A DNA stretch of 64,000 bases from Cenococcum geophilum (taxonomy: Eukaryota), in the NCBI GenBank assembly GCA_050273025.1, contig CP158636.1, positions 12,710,001 through 12,774,000 of the forward strand, read 5' to 3'. The notes under the pieces were generated by a model. The model was not told the origin of the DNA. It did not search any database and saw only the letters and a list, made by a program, of their open reading frames with translations. Numbering within the stretch: the stretch's first letter is position 1; the number at the start of each line of letters is the position of its first letter. Position numbers and translations under genes: made by a program. Positions 45,613 to 61,015 of the stretch are shown here, piece by piece.

Positions 45613-47299
45613 ATTATAGTAGCGATAATAATAATGACGGGAGAGCGTATAGGGGAGAGTTTTGTTTATAGCGGATGGGCAATTTAGGCGGAGCGGATTA
45701 ATAAAAACATTTAAACGGTTTTACTAATAATCTGGAACCTATAATAAATAGCCGAGTTAAGGACGGATGCAAATTTTAAGCTTTATGCTAGCGTCCTCTT
45801 TAGCCTTGCTGTATTTGAGTCTTATACGCTATATATAAATCTAAATTAATAAGAAGCAAATTTTATAAAGATTTTAAAATTAGAAATAAAAGAAATATAT
45901 AAGACCAGATCTAGAAACATTGAAGAAATTCCTATATAATGACTTCTATAAACTTTATAATGACTTAAAGCCCCCTTATATATACTAATAGTAGCTAGGA
46001 TACTCTTATATTACTTTATATAATAAGATAGAATTAATATATAACTAGGAATTATAAAAAAATCCTTTTTTTTAATTACCTACTAATATAGGTAATGTAC
46101 TGTTTCTGTGGCTTAGGACAGGTTTTAGATAGCCGCACTATAGCAATTAATTGTCCTGTATTCTTAAGGCAAGGTAGATAATATACACGTAATAAAACCT
46201 AAGCTTCTAGGCATTCCCGAAGTTAATCTAATATAATTTTTATAGGGCTCTTCTATATACCTGTTTAGTTATAGTTTACTTTATAATGCTAAACTACGTG
46301 ACTTTATAAGCCTTAAATTCTAATATAGCAGACTCTTTATATGATTCTCTTTTATATTGGGTTTCTACTAACCTACTAGAAGTTTTAACTTAACTCTTTA
46401 AGTAACCATATCTTTGTCTGCTAAATATAGATAAAATATAGTATATTAAGGTATGTATATAACTATTAGATTATATAAAAACACTTATTTACCCTAACTA
46501 AGTCTGTTACTAGGCTATAGGCCGCTACTATATTATAATTACCCGCTGACCTCCTTATCCTTAAACAATTGTACTATATTATATATACCAAACGCTAAAA
46601 AGAGATTAAATAGATACTAGAGGATAGGACAATAAATAAGGCTATAGTGGTTATAGCACTTAGCTAACTAAGCTCTTAAAATAGACTTCCTAACTTTATA
46701 GATTCTAATAGTAAGATTACTGGCTTTAAGCTTTAAAGTGGGGAGTTGCTCGGAGTCTAAATAAATGCAACTTAGCTATTTGGGGAACTTGGTGGCGGGA
46801 TATCTTATATATCTATTTGGGGAACAGACACTAAATAATATAGCCCGTTATAGCTCCATAGTTCCTTAGAGTATTAATTAGGTTATAAGTACTACTTAAA
46901 CTACGGGTATACCTATGGTTCTAGTTATATATTAAGGTACTCCCTAAGCGTTTGCTATTGTTCTGGTTATAAAGCGAGGTATATTAACTATAACTCTTAA
47001 TTAGAGCATATATGCGCTAGGCATTAGGGATCCTTATTATTAGAGTTACCTATTAGTAGATATAAGAGGCTAGATATAAGGATGTCCGCCTTAATATACG
47101 GAATGTTTAATTAAATATTTATATACTGTTCCGCTTCCTAATACGGCTATTCCCCTAAAACTCTTAGTAGGTGTTTTAATAACTACTTTATGGACCTTAC
47201 TAAAACGGAAACTGCTTTAGCTTAGAAGTAATAAGCTTATAAAGGCGTATATACCCAACGAGTTACCCTAATATTTGTAGTTTGACTAGAATAAGATTT

Positions 47300-48108
47300 T
47301 AAAAACCGTACTATCTTTATAAAGATATCGTTAAAGGTATAAACCTATTAACTTAGTAGCTAGGGCTAATATTTTAAGGCAGATCTTATACTAGGGCATT
47401 ATATTTGCGTATAATAAGAGAATCTTATACTCTTCTCCTAGTAGGGCTGCCCTCTCCCATCTAAAAAAAATTAGTAGTTGTATTAGACCACGGTAAAACG
47501 TTATACTTAATACTTAAATAAGGTCCTAGTCTGATAACCAAACCAGAGTAGAAGTAGTTTAGCTTTTCGCCAGCGCTAATATATTGCTTATATTTTATCT
47601 AGTCCGTTTTTCCTAGTATGTCACTCCTAATAATAGCCTTTCTCCTATTTATCTTTATCTCTTAGTACTTCTTCTAGCAAGTTATATATTTCTCTAGGCG
47701 CGAGAGGAAAGTGTAGATTATTCTATAGCGTATATAGTCATCCTTTAAATATTTAATATCGTTAAATATTAGACGTACAAGGTAGGTATCGGTAGTTAGC
47801 GGAGATAATTACTTAGAAAGTATGTCCTAGAAGGTCCATAGCTCCAAATTAAAAGGCTAATAAGATTTTAAACAGAACTTATCTATTTATATACCGTCCT
47901 TTTCTATAAACTTAAACTTTAACTCTCTATTATTTGCTACACTATATAGCATTTACACATCGTGTAATACTTCTGCGAAGACTCTAACCTTTTAACGCTT
48001 GTTAAGATGTAATAAGTTGTTATATAAGGAAAAGAAGGCCTTAAGTAAGGGATTAGGATTGGCGAGAGCCTTTTTCCGCTTTTATTTCTAGGTTTTCGCC
48101 ATTAGCAT
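47300..48108 (-). pseudogene. RIP-destroyed hypothetical gene with an intron
   Basis: About 200 codons in one frame from ATG 48108, with stops all TAA/TAG; GT..CTAAT..TAG intron at ~47460-47513. Confidence 0.45.
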
Positions 48109-50440
48109 CTTTATCGCCCTATAAAAGTCTGCTTACCTCTTCACTACCTACTATATACCTAGGTATACTAAACTTAGGCAGTAGGACTTAAAAATCCAAT
48201 ATTGCGCCAGACTATTTATATAACAATTACCTAGGAGCAGCAGGGTTAGTTATAAAAGCGTTCGGCATAGCAGCTGCGGTGGATTCTACGTTAAGCCTAA
48301 TTAAGAATAACTGGTATAGTTATCCCAGGTGGCGCAAACTGGGCTAAGATATGCAGCCAGCGCCCGCTATATTATGTGGGTGTAATTAGCTTATCCCCCT
48401 ATACAAAGCTAACGCATTTAAGTTCCCCTCCTTATATATCTTTCCGCTTGGCGTTATATTTAGTAGAACATAGGCCTATATATGGTGCCCTAGCCTTTTT
48501 AGGTAGGGAAAGTACCCAAATAGGGTATATATATCTCCTAGGAGAGCATTTAATAAAGAGTTCGGGCTTATATCTTAAGAGTAGCTCTAGAGGTTCAAGC
48601 TAGCTTTCACTTATTAGCTAATAGAATAAGAGTAGCTATATTATTAAATTAAGTGGCCTAGTAGCGCTCTCCTAGAGCGTGCCCTAATATTATTATTATT
48701 TTAAAACGCCGCGGATTTAGAATATAGTCTATATATTCCCTTAAAAATAAGTCTCCTTAGCGGCCTTATAATAAATATTCTAGCTATAGCGTGTTTAGAG
48801 AACTAGCGTAATAGATACGCGACCTTATTACCGACAACACTAATACCTATAATATTAACACCTACAATACTAATACCTACGATACCGATATATACAACAC
48901 CTATAAAACCTATAACACCTAAAATACTTCTATTACCTCTCACGCCTAAAGCACCTTAATAGCTTCCTCTATATTATACAGAACTAGAAGTAAGTTCCAG
49001 CCTAATAACTCTTTTACTGTTATAATCTTACCTCTAAAAGTGCGTAATCTATTAGGAAGAGCCTAAGGCTTATAATACCAGTTAGTTAGGAATGTTTATT
49101 AAATATTCTAGAGTAGAGCGAATAGATGGTTATCTTATATATAAGGCGTATATTCTTATAGAAGGGGAAAAGGAGTAGAAAATATAGTCAATATATCCTT
49201 ACTACTTTAACGTAGAAAGTAGGACAGAGGTATACTCTAATAATATTATATAAAGATAGGGATACTATATAGTAAAGATAATTTATTGTTTTATTTAATT
49301 ACTCCATAGTTTTTACCTATAGATGCGCGACCCTAAACCTTTAGCGAAGGTAGTCCTATTATATATCCCGTGCTAATACAAAGGTGCTATATTTTAGCTT
49401 TATTGCTATAGGCGCCTACTAACACCCACTAATAATCTATATCTTCCCTGATTTTCCCTAGAATTGTATAAATAGTATAACTAGCCTATAAATAACTGCG
49501 GTGTCCGAAGGGGTGGTCCCATCCCAGTAGAATTAGCGGCTAGGTGGTAAACCTTCAAAAGAGGGCGGAAGAACCTCGTAGGGTTTGTGTTGTGCCTATA
49601 AATTATAGCGCATTAATACTTTATTTACTTAGGGAAGAATATAATAGATGCGGAGGTAATAACCTAGTAGAATATATAATCCTAGAGGACTAGCTTTTAC
49701 TATAAGCTACACTAGTATATAAGTAAATTTTCATTCTATAAAGCTATAAATTCTTACCCTAATCTTATATAGTTCGTTATATTTGGTTTCTAAGTACAAA
49801 TTATCGCACTTATGCTGTAAACTACCGTCAGCTTGCTCTTTAATTGGCGTAAGTATCTACTAAAGGGCTTTCTTTATCTGTCTTTATTAGTTTTGGTTTC
49901 TTAATAGGTGGATAAAGTTACTTATATCTTCTCCTCCATTACCTCATTAGACTAATAATCTTTAATTTTAGTAAAGGTAGGGGAAGGGAGGTTAGGAGAG
50001 AGGAGAGGAGAAGGGAAGGGAATAGAAAGGAGAGTAGGAGAAGATAAAGTAGGAGAAGACATAGATTTCAATCTCTAATTAGGTTTAACGGTAACTATAC
50101 CGCAAGTAAATCTAAGAGAAGGCTTAGGGCTATTAAATTGGTTTTATAGAGGACCTCTCTCTATACTAGCATTTAAAATTTTGTTTAAAAGTACAGTAGT
50201 AAGTATAGGAGAATGTAGGTGAAGAGAATAGTAGACAAGAAGGGATACGGGCAAGGATTATAAGAACCTATAGAAGGCGCCTATAAATCTATATAAGGCG
50301 CAAGCCCTAAATAAACGTGCATTTAGCACCATATATTTTTATTAGAGGCTATACTAAATCTATTTTAATAATAGAAGTAGGCAAGGCTAAAACAATTATA
50401 CCGTTATATTTTAATATACGAGTAATATATTAGATGCAAG

Positions 50441-53400
50441 TGTTGGACTCACAAGGGGATATTATATAGCTACGGTTCGTAGATAGTATAATGATTGTTC
50501 TGTATTCTTCTTAAAGAAAGGGGTAAGGAACCTAAGGTTCCTCACCACGCTAGTGCCGCGGCGGCACGTGATAGCAACTTGCCGCACGTAATGGCAACTT
50601 ACTATACGTGACGGCAATATACCTTATATAGTAACCATTTGCCTTTATTCCTAACACTAGCAACTCTTCTTTTATAGTTGCCATCTATATATATATACCG
50701 CTTAACTAGCGGAATAAAAATTAATCCTCCTTACTTACTATTGCCATTATAATATAAGTCTCGCTATCCCAAAATTTGCCTTTTAGCATATGGTGCTTTC
50801 TTGCTTATAAGTTATGGGTAGGTATCTTATTAGTAGGGCCGCTAAGGCGCTAGCGGTAAGCGAGCTAATAGCGATTTTCTATCCCAGGGATAAAAAATCC
50901 TAATTGGCTGGTTTAAGTTAGGGTCTGTAGAATCTGACCAATTAGACAACTTTAACTGCTAGTTAAAGTTCCTGGACATCTCAAGACCTTACGTAACTAA
51001 GAAATTTCTAGGGATTCCCTTTTAACCTAACCTTTAACTCGTATACGCAGAGTATTTGTGTTAATAAACGTCTCTAATACCTTATTTAGGTTCGCCTTCG
51101 TTATTATATCTACCGGGTTATCTTGGCTATTAATCCATTAAATCTTAAAGAGTTCTTAACGCTTGTAGGATTGCTAAAGTGCCATAATATCGATTATAAG
51201 GCGCTTCTCCTTTGTGGTACCGAGCTTAACTAAATACTTATAGAGGGAATATAAGTTGGTGTATATAATTATAGGGATAACGGGAAGTTCGAGTTAATCT
51301 ATAATTATCTTTAGGGTAGTTCCAATTGCAATTGCCATATTAACTCCGCTAACTATTCTATATATCTCTAATACTAAAACACTTTAGGTAACGCGCTTGC
51401 TCTTAGTTAAGCTCTAATAGATAAGATTGCTATAGATTATAAAGTTATTCTCTCTAGTAAATTCGTTTGCGATAATAATCTTATATTCTAACTAGGAGCT
51501 AAAATCTTTATTATTTACGAACGATCTATTAACAAATACAAAGAGCTTAGCGGTAGGAAGATTAATAGGCACGTAGAGTAGTCCCCAATTAAGATAGTTC
51601 ATTTGCCAGAAAAGACGTTTATTTAGGGCAAGAACGTCGTCCTTAGTTGGTTCCTAGTATTAGGCGGCAACGGAGAGATTAAATAAAGCCTTAGGTTAAT
51701 AGATAGAAGCAATATAAGCTCCGCAAGCGCGTTACTCCACGTATCCTTGCTTCGGGGAATTAATATTAATAATATTAATCTTCTTACCTTAACCCTTCTG
51801 GCGTAAAGCAATGGAATCCTCGTTTAGGGAGAGGATGCATCTATTAAAGAGTAATAGTGTTATTAAGTTAAGCTTTTCCTTTGGCTTTACTATAAGATTT
51901 GCCTTTACTAGCTTATCCTCTTTAAGAGCTAAGAATTGGTCGTCTCCTAAGATGATTATATTATTAGTTTGCATACCGATGATTCTAAATAGGGTTCCCG
52001 TGGTTATGATAAGGAAGTAGGGATCGAATGTAGAAGTAGTCATCAAAAGCTTCTCTTTATGGTGCTTGCTGTAGGTAGCCTACTAGTGAGTTTCTACCTC
52101 TGCGATTCTATATAATAGCTTAAGCACAACCATGATCGTATCTTTAGGATACTAGTGGCGAATTTGCTCCGGAAGGTATGCCAATATTAAGCGCTAAAGG
52201 TGCGTCTCTAATTGGGTGTAGGCTTAAGTAATATTTTACAAATAAACTGCTATTTTATTCTTTATTAAGGAGGGAGCTAATGTAATAATGACTCGCTAAC
52301 TAGCTCGTTAAATTATAGGAGATTATATAAGAATTATCTCTTTACTATTATTGTTATAACCTTAGATAATAAGCCTTAATTTCTCAAATGGGGCGTTAGT
52401 AGCTTTGCCCTTAATCTCGTTAACTATTCTTAACTTAAAGATGCGAACTCTATCGAACTTGGTAGGGTTATATTTCTTAAATTTAAAAACTCCTCTTATA
52501 ATAAGACTATCGATCTCCTACTTATTGGATGCTTAGAAAGGAGCTCCTGGAGTTATAATACGACCTTCCTTTTAGAGCTGTTTTACGAGTTTAAAGTTAG
52601 CCTTCTCCTTAGCTATTAAAAAGGCTATTAATAACTTAACTTTATTCTTAATAGCGGCAATAAATTGTTCTTTAAAATTAATAAGATATTGGCGATTTCG
52701 TAATCCCTTTAGGCAACCTCTACCGCGTCGTGGTTATAGCGCATCTACTATAATTATATCGGGATTGTAGTCGCCTTCTAGAGTATATTAATTGTGGTTC
52801 TCTTCTAGGGCATCTTCTAGGGCATTCTATAAAGGCTCGGAATTGTTATCTTTGTAGTAAGGCTTAATAATAGTTAAATGGAATTAAATAGGTCTGTAAG
52901 GCATCTAAATAGTATAAGTTTAACCATTAATTATAATAAGTTAGTGTGGGCCTAACTATCCTCCCTTTTTACGCCATACGCGTACTTTAGACTAGAGTGG
53001 CAGGTCAAGCGTAGTTAAGGTGTTTGGGCCATTTCTTATTCCTAGTACATTGTTAACCTAGCGTGTGGCGTAGAGACGTCGCACCTCCTTTATTACCTTG
53101 CGGATAGCCTCGGCTCATTATACAATAAAGGGAAATAGTGGAGAATTGTTAGTTATTTAAGGGTAGGCGCTAAAGACTAGCAATATAGGTACGAGTCCAT
53201 CCAGGCTAGCGGAATCGTTAATAGCTTTAACAGCCATTTATAAGGTAAGTTCTTCGCTAGCGTCCTTTAGTTCTAAAGAGATAATCTTATATACGCGGCG
53301 TAATGGCGCGTGATATTGTTCCACTTTTCTAACACTATTATATGCCTTAACAGGGACTTCCTTAACCTTAATTGCCATTGCCTTTATCTATTATTAAAAC

Positions 53401-56400
53401 TCTATAGATAAGAAGTTCTTTCCTACGTTATGGACGATTTAATTAGGGGGTCCTAAATAGACATTAATCCAGCATAACTAAAGGGTCTCCTATGCGTTTC
53501 TGGCTGATATATCTTTTAAGAAACGCGCGGCTTAGAAGAAGGTTAAGAAGTTAATAACTTAGAGTACTGGCTTGCCGCTAAGATATATAACGTTAATAAC
53601 GATACAGAAGTTAAAGTTGTAGTTATCCTTAAGGGTGAACTTAAATCGGCTAGGGGACTTTTGGTTTATTTGGCAGTAATAGTAATACTTTATAAGATGC
53701 TTAATTGCCTTAACCTTAACTTTATAGCCTGCTTGCTAAAGAACCCTAAGTAATTAATAAATAGATAGGTGGCCAAAACGATGGTGTAGTTAGCGTAACT
53801 CTGACTTAGTTAAGTGGCTCTAAGTAACACTCTTTTCTAGTTAATAAAGGAGCAACTAGGGGTAACCCCACTTGCGCATAACGGGCACCCAATTATCTCC
53901 TTAGATGAGTACATTCTTAAGGTTATTAAGCTTAACGCCTAATTTGTCTATATCTCTAATGCAAAATAGAAATGGGGTGTTTATAGGAATAACGTGAAAA
54001 CTAATGTACCCTAAGGGGGTTTAAACCCTAATTGTGCTAAGAGAGATTATAGTACCTTTGCTAAAACAAATTGTATGCTAGCCTGCCGTTAAATAGTCAA
54101 TTTAAACAGAGCTATTAAGCTACTAAAGGGCTCGAACTTAAGGTTCTCCTACTATAGATACTCCTGCGGCTTTAGTATCCGGTATAATACTATAGAAGAC
54201 ATTCGCCAAGTATCTATCGTTAAAGGAAAACGCGGAGCTCTCCTTTGGCTCGTTAAAGATATCTAACTTCGTAATAGAATGGAGCGTAGATTAGTTATTA
54301 AGGACAGCGATGGTTTATATGCCATTTACCTTACTATACTTAGTAAAGTATTGGTTAGGTAAGTAGTCCTTAATTTCTATATCCATAAGGAGCTGTTTAG
54401 TCTCATTAACCTTACCCTTAAGGTCTTCTACGCCTTTATATTAAACCAGGAAGCTTTAGAAGTAGGCCGTAGTAACCTCGCGATTTCTAACATTTCTCAT
54501 ACTCTAACGGAACTTATTATATACCTCTTTTCGCTCATTAAGGGAGTATCTAGTTAACTAGTAATTTGGCTTCTTATAAACGTAGCACTTCTTTTAGCAA
54601 TTACTTCAAAATAAACCTCCATAAGGACCTCCATAATTACCTTATAGTTAACGTTAATTATACCCTCTTCCGTATTCCCTACCGCGGCTACTATATATTT
54701 AATTAGTCCAGTTATAATCGTATTAGTCAGGAATACTTAGTTAGGTAGGGTTTTTAGTATAGAACTATTAAGATTCTTATATTCGCATTACAGTACCTAC
54801 GGCGGAGCGTAGCTTAGCATATACTCCTTTAAACGTATCTATAGGTTTATATAGCGCCAAGTTGCACTTAGGAACGCTATAGCATACTAAGATAACCTAG
54901 TCCCTTAGGCTGTTCTTATTTTAGTAAGTTTTGGTAAGGCCATATTAGATTTTCTAAAGTTTATTAAAGAGTAGTTAAAGGCACTCTAAATAAGTCTTTA
55001 TTAAGTTAGAAGCAATAACTCTCTAAAACGTAGTCTCCCGCCATTTAAACATATAAAGTTGGCAATTCTTATTAGTCTTAAAGTGGGCTCTAGTAAGCTG
55101 AAGCATTGCATTAAAGTTATAGTTTTTACCCGCAATATAGTTATAATAGAATGTTGCCGCCCGTCCCTTTAACATAATAGAGAAAGCGTAATAGTACTAA
55201 TGGCGTTAAATTCCGACCTTATTGCAACAGTTATAAAAGACCTGTAGTTTTACTCTGAGTATGTTATACAGTTCTCCTCCAAACTTCTTCTCTTTATCCG
55301 AATATACCTTTATTAGATTCGTAACTTCCCATAGTAAAGGCTTACTAATTAGCTGAAGTAGAGGAGGTAGAGGCGGAGTAACTTTAAGTAGGAGAGCACC
55401 TCTAGGTAGGAGAGTAGCTCTAGGTAGGGGGTTAGCGTTCTAGGGGTTTTAATATAAATTAAAGTTGCCTTCCAAAGAATATGGGTTGTTTTTAGGTTTC
55501 CGTAGTTAATGTATAATCTTAGCTTCCGTCCATATTAGTTCTTCTACACTAGTAATAACGGCCTAAGCCGTTGAAAACGGACTCTGCACCTGTATGTGGT
55601 GACGGCTACGAACCTAGGTCTTTAAAGTTTAGACTTAGAGCCAACGCAGAGACGTTATACAGCGTGCGATAGGACCTGGTGGTCGTGGTTGTAAGCGTTA
55701 TAGGCAGTAGTAAAAATTTTTCAGATGGTGAGATCTTAAAAACCACTACTGTGGCCCTCTATAATTTAGCTACGCTATTCTCCTATTAAGGCACCTATAC
55801 AATCCAACGTGGATATACGGTATTTGATAGCATCCCCTAACCCCCAATAGAAAGTATTGACGACCTCTTATATCGACAAACGAGTGATTGTGAATAAGCA
55901 AGCAGACGAATAAGCAAATATACGGCCCCTCCTAACCCCTAGGGCGATCGCCCGCGGAGCATGCGGTTACTCGCCGTTTTTTCTACCAAATACTACCTAG
56001 CAGCCTGGATTGCGACCTACGGTTTTCCCTATCTTCTTTTAACGGAGTGGTGACCCTTAGAAAGGGCCTAGCTGGGGCCTAGGTATAAAAGATACCTAAA
56101 TACAACACAATATCCCGCTCGTTTATCAGTATTACGGTAGTTAGAACGGATAAATCCCCCTTACGCCTTCGATAGGCCCTAGGGGGGGGAAGGCATAGCG
56201 TATATAGCAATGGTCAGACAAGAAATAGTATATAGGGGATAGCTAAGATATGGGAAACAGCAGTACGGTAATTAATTGGCAAGGCCTAGCTGGGACGTAG
56301 TAAACCCTAGCTAGGGTAAGCTAGAGAAGGAAGCAGTGGTTCCTAAGGAGTTTAAACATCTAAGGAGGACAGGACGTAGCCGTAGACCTATAGGGCCGCC

Positions 56401-57553
56401 GCTACGGACGGATATGGCAAATTGGGGTTTTTTATCCTACTAAGGTGGCTTATAGGGTTTTCCTCCCCCCCAGCAGCAAGGGTTTTTTCCCGTCAATATT
56501 ACTTTTCCCTTATGTACGGAGTAGTCTGCGTGGGGCTAGATAGCATCCGTATCAGACGTTAATTAAAGAATTATTATTATTAATAACGGCCTAAATATTA
56601 CTAGTAATTGGGTTACTGTTCTTAGTAATATATACCCCATTCCTACGGAGGAAGTCTTAAAAGTTTTAAATAATATTAACGTTACTAAGTGCCTAGGTAT
56701 CAGCAGTCTATCCTATAAAATCCTCCCTAAAATACTCCCATAGTTATAAGTCGGCGTAGCATCTATTTTGGTAGAATATAATATAGTATAGGAGAAAGCC
56801 GTTAACTTGTTTTATAGTATAAGTTATTATATTAAAGGCGAATTCGTCTCAATCTTTATCGATGAGTTTCGCGTGCTCAGCTACCCCTAGTAGTAAGGAG
56901 TCTTTCCAGTTATTTAAGGTAGGCGTAGCCATATTTTCGGAGGGAGGGAAGTGTTATTAGTATAGGGATTATCATTTGGTACGCGTTCGTAATGTGTATT
57001 TATCATTTAGTACGCGTTTGTCGTTTAGTACGCGTTCATGACATATATTTGCGGTTATAGGGCTTAAGACCAGTTCTAGCCTTAAATCACGAAGACTTAT
57101 AAAGCGTATTGTTCTATATAATAGACGCAAGAATCTATAATCTTAGAAAGGCTTAGAACCAGTTCTGGCCTTTAAATCCTTAGATTTGTGAAAGAGTTCT
57201 ATTTAAGGTTTAGGACCAGTTCTAACCTTAAAAAGACAGCTTCCTCTAGCACAAGTAGCACTAGTATAGTAGCTCGTCTCTTCTTAGTAAAAACCTAGCT
57301 GTTCTATAGTATAACAGTAAAGTTAACCACTAATTAGTATTAGACTCATAAGGGGATATCACGTAGCTACGGTTCGTAGATAGTATAATAATTGTTCTGT
57401 GTTCTTCTTAAAGAAAGGGGTAAGGAACCTAAGGTTCCTCACCACGCTAGTGCCGCGGCGGCACGTAATGGCAACTTGCCGTACGTAACGGCAACTTGCC
57501 ACACGTGACGGCAATATGCCTTATATGGTGACTATTTGCCTTTATTCCCAACA
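50441..57553 (-). mobile_element. Full-length Copia/Ty1 element D, RIP-inactivated
   Basis: 216-bp LTRs at 50441-50656 and 57338-57553; TSD GCAAG (50436-50440, 57554-57558). Domain order gag-integrase-RT-RNase H; RT STFDP..GMQTNNIIILG (ORF 51789-52046); RNase H KLGTTKEKRL. Confidence 0.95.
50838..50916 (+). promoter_or_regulatory. CCAAT-flanked palindrome module, copy 3 (core 50873-50899)
   Basis: gagctaat-agc-GATTTTCtATCCC-a-GGGATaaAAAATC-cta-ATTGGCT; departures from symmetry in the core are C>T/G>A. Confidence 0.6.
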
Positions 57554-59049
57554 GCAAGAAAGCCGTTAAAAATGGTATATATAGATCTAGTAAGATATTA
57601 ATAACCAAAGACACTAAAAGTCTTAATTAAGCGGCGTTAAGCCAAGTGTATACTAATCTCCTTATATTAAAATTGCCTCCGTCCTGTCTTACGCGTAATA
57701 AAATCCTTAGTATATACTATCTTTTAAGAAAGAGTGAGAAAGCTACAAAGGGCTTATAAGAGTAGTTTGGCTATTATTTAACTTTTTATAGTAGAAGGGA
57801 CGAGAGGGCAATAGACTAGCTAGGGTAGTAGAAGGTGCTTATGCTATAATTTACTAGGGTCTTCTCTAGCCAATATAGGCAATTTAAAACTTTAGCTAGT
57901 TAGTAATAAATTAGATATACTTTATAAGGAGAAGTTTACCGTTATAAAAGGGATGTTATAGTCCTTATAAGTAGCTGCTAGCGCCACATACGCTAGGATA
58001 GGGAGTATTATAATGGTGTTTATAAGGACTATTATAGTGTGCCTTTAGATAAGGTTGTTACTCTCTATAATAAACGAACGGAGTAATTATTAGCGGTAGG
58101 AGCTATAACCGTATATAAAACCGCTCTTACTTCTAATGCGGCTTCTAAGGAGAATTAAATATATATAGGTAATAAAGATCTCTTTAAGGCTGACGAGGCC
58201 AACCTCTAATATAAACTAAAAGTGGGAACTCTTTAAGAGGGGTATATGGCCTACTTTAGCAACTAAACTATAGATGTAGGTTAAAGGGAAAGGTTAGGAG
58301 AGTATATAGAAAGAACCTATAGTCTAAAGAGTGCTATTCTTAATAAGAACACTACTGCCCTAATTCCTGTAAAAATTGGCTTGCCAATATTAGCTTTAAA
58401 AAGAACTTTGTTTAGCGACGTATACTATATTTATTAGCTTTACCCCTCTTTAAATTTACTTTATAAATTACTTTAGCGATTAGAGGAATAGTTACAAACC
58501 CGTATAAAATAATAAGCGGTAATCTTACGTCAGCTATAATAGGATATTAGTTCTATTTCTAGCCTAAAAATTAACTATAGTTTAATATATAGCGTATGTG
58601 ATCCCAAAATATATTAATAATAACTAAAATAATAGCAGAAATAAATTGGGGTAATAAGAGGAGAATAGCTAGCACTAAAGCTTGTTATATTACTTTCTGT
58701 TTTCTATTATAAAAATAAAGATAGAAGTAGAAACTTAGGCAGATAAATATATAAGCAGTTAAGATATACTAAAGGAGAGTTGTTAATTTTATTATAATAG
58801 CGGTAAAGAGTATCTATATAAACGAATAAGGGCCGCGATATATATATATACGCACGCGGCCAGCATACTTTTAGAATATAGTTTTGCTTTATTTTACTCT
58901 ATTACTTAGCGCTTAAAGTAAATATAGTTGGCTTTGGATAGTATTTAGTCGGTCCCCCGCGACAAACCTTAATGGCCTAGCTAGAGAGTATCGCATTTTT
59001 AGGCGTCTTGTTTTTAGCCCGGATGCTTATACTCTAGAATTCTTATAGT

Positions 59050-59200
59050 AAAGCTTAAGCTTTAGATTACTTTTAGTACCAAAGCCCGTGCTTTAGGATT
59101 ACTTTCTATTTAGGCGCCCGTGCTTTATAGGGTTACTTTTTATCTAGGCGCCCGTACTTTATAGCGTCTTATTTTTAGTTCTAGTGCCCATGCGCGCAGA
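59050..59200. repeat. Degenerate ~33-35-bp tandem repeat
   Basis: Recurring ttacttt....aggcgcccgtgcttta units, 3-4 copies. Confidence 0.6.
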
Positions 59201-61015
59201 CCTATTAATTATAGTCGTTATGCCTTATAAGACTTAGCAGCTAAACTAGGCTTTTAAGCGTTACGCCTTTAGTCCTAAAGCCTATGCTTTAGACTTTTAA
59301 ATTTTAGTCTTATTTTATTATAGGGCTTAATAATTGGGATTAAATAAGGAACTACCTCTGCTTTGTCTCTAACTCTATATATTAGCTATTAGCATCTAAA
59401 TCTCCATATTTTCTATATAAAAGGTAGTGTTACAATTTACGATTTATTAGAGCAAGCGGGTAACGGCTTTCACCCATATATAGGATATATTTTGATTATT
59501 TGGTAATATATAAAAGCCCTAGTAAACTATTAGTCTTAATTAGTTAGTCTTCTTAACCTAGGCCTAGCTATAACACTTATTATCTATACTAATCCTCCCT
59601 TTAGGTATACTACTTTAACTAAATAAAACCTATATAAAGTCTTAACAGACCGCTAGAGCTAGGTGGCAAGCTCTAGCACAGACGAAGGCTAAGAAAGTGA
59701 ATTATAGTATCGCGCTAGAAAGGATAGAAGTGGGGCGTAATGCGCCCTATATAGGCTAATTTATATATTATAAGGCAAACTTACACCCGAATTCCCTACC
59801 TAAGAGTAAGCACCCTTTTATTGTTTTAAACACCAGACTCCTCTCTTATTAACTTTAGGAATTCTCCTATTATCCTCTAGCTAATGCTAATAGAATATCT
59901 AATCCATTTTTAACTAAGCGTGCGATAAAACGACCTGGCTAGTAGGCAGGTAAAAATGCTAAAAGCGTTGCTTAGGCTCCCTACGGCGACTATTACTAAG
60001 CTAGTATATAATTTATTAGAGCTAAAAGTGCAAGCTAATAATAACTTTAGCAGGAATAAATTCACTTAAGCTTAATAACGGTAATAATGGTTCGTCTCTT
60101 TTAGAAGCACTAACGGTTATATACTAAGATATTAGGCACCAACGTCGTCCAAAGCACTTCTTAGTATTAGTGGCAGAATAATATCCCACACTGCCCTGCG
60201 CTAACATTTTTTGCATTATTTAGAGATAAGTTTTTATTAAGTTAAAATTCTTAAAAAAGATATAGAAAAACCTAATACCTTAGATCTTTCTCAGCCTTCT
60301 ATACAAGCTCTTATCCGCCGAACTCTTAAAGATAACGGCTAGTTAGTATTAAAAAATGTTATAGGCTTAAGGCCGGAAATATTAAGGTAGTAGGTTAAGC
60401 AGAACCTAGTTTGGCTTCCTTTATAAATATTAGTCACAATATAAGCTAACACCTACTAGTATATTTAAAGTATCCTAAGCACCCTAAGCCTACCTCGTAA
60501 TAGCAAATTCGTAAGCTCCCATTATAATAATAGAGAGTTCCCTAAGGATTCTAGTTTAATAGTTAGGCGGTTAAAGGACTGGGAGGAACTTGCTAGCAAG
60601 ACGGAGGTTATTAGAATTATTTGTCGTTATCTTAGGGGAGACTTAACTTAGAAATGGCATATACTTTATAATATAAGTCTTTAGGGTAAGACAATAAATA
60701 ATATAGCAAGGATTAAGGCTTACGGGGAAAATACTATTCTTTATAATGGGTGGGTTAGGAGGTTAACTCTAAACCCTATTAGTAGGGCAGGAAGGGCTAT
60801 AGTTATTTACTATATTTAGAAGCGCTCTTAAATTCGCTATAAATCCCAACTTGTTTAATTGCTTAGAAAAATTAAAGTGCCACTAAACGAAACTCCATGC
60901 TTAAAACACCGCCTACTATATTAATGTAGTTTATATATTAAGCTAAAACACTATATCCAGCAGCCTATTAGAAAAATTATTACTACTTCTCCCTACTGCT
61001 TAAGAAGCAGCTCCC

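Larger units (their letters stand above)
49700..58560 (-). pseudogene. RIP-destroyed hypothetical gene split by Copia D
   Basis: The frame ...HLA*RRLIKTFSVFGY*YLTRSIYTIFNGFLA | SNILLVY*NITV*LF*PCLLLLLK... continues across the GCAAG TSD. Outer limits approximate. Confidence 0.4.
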
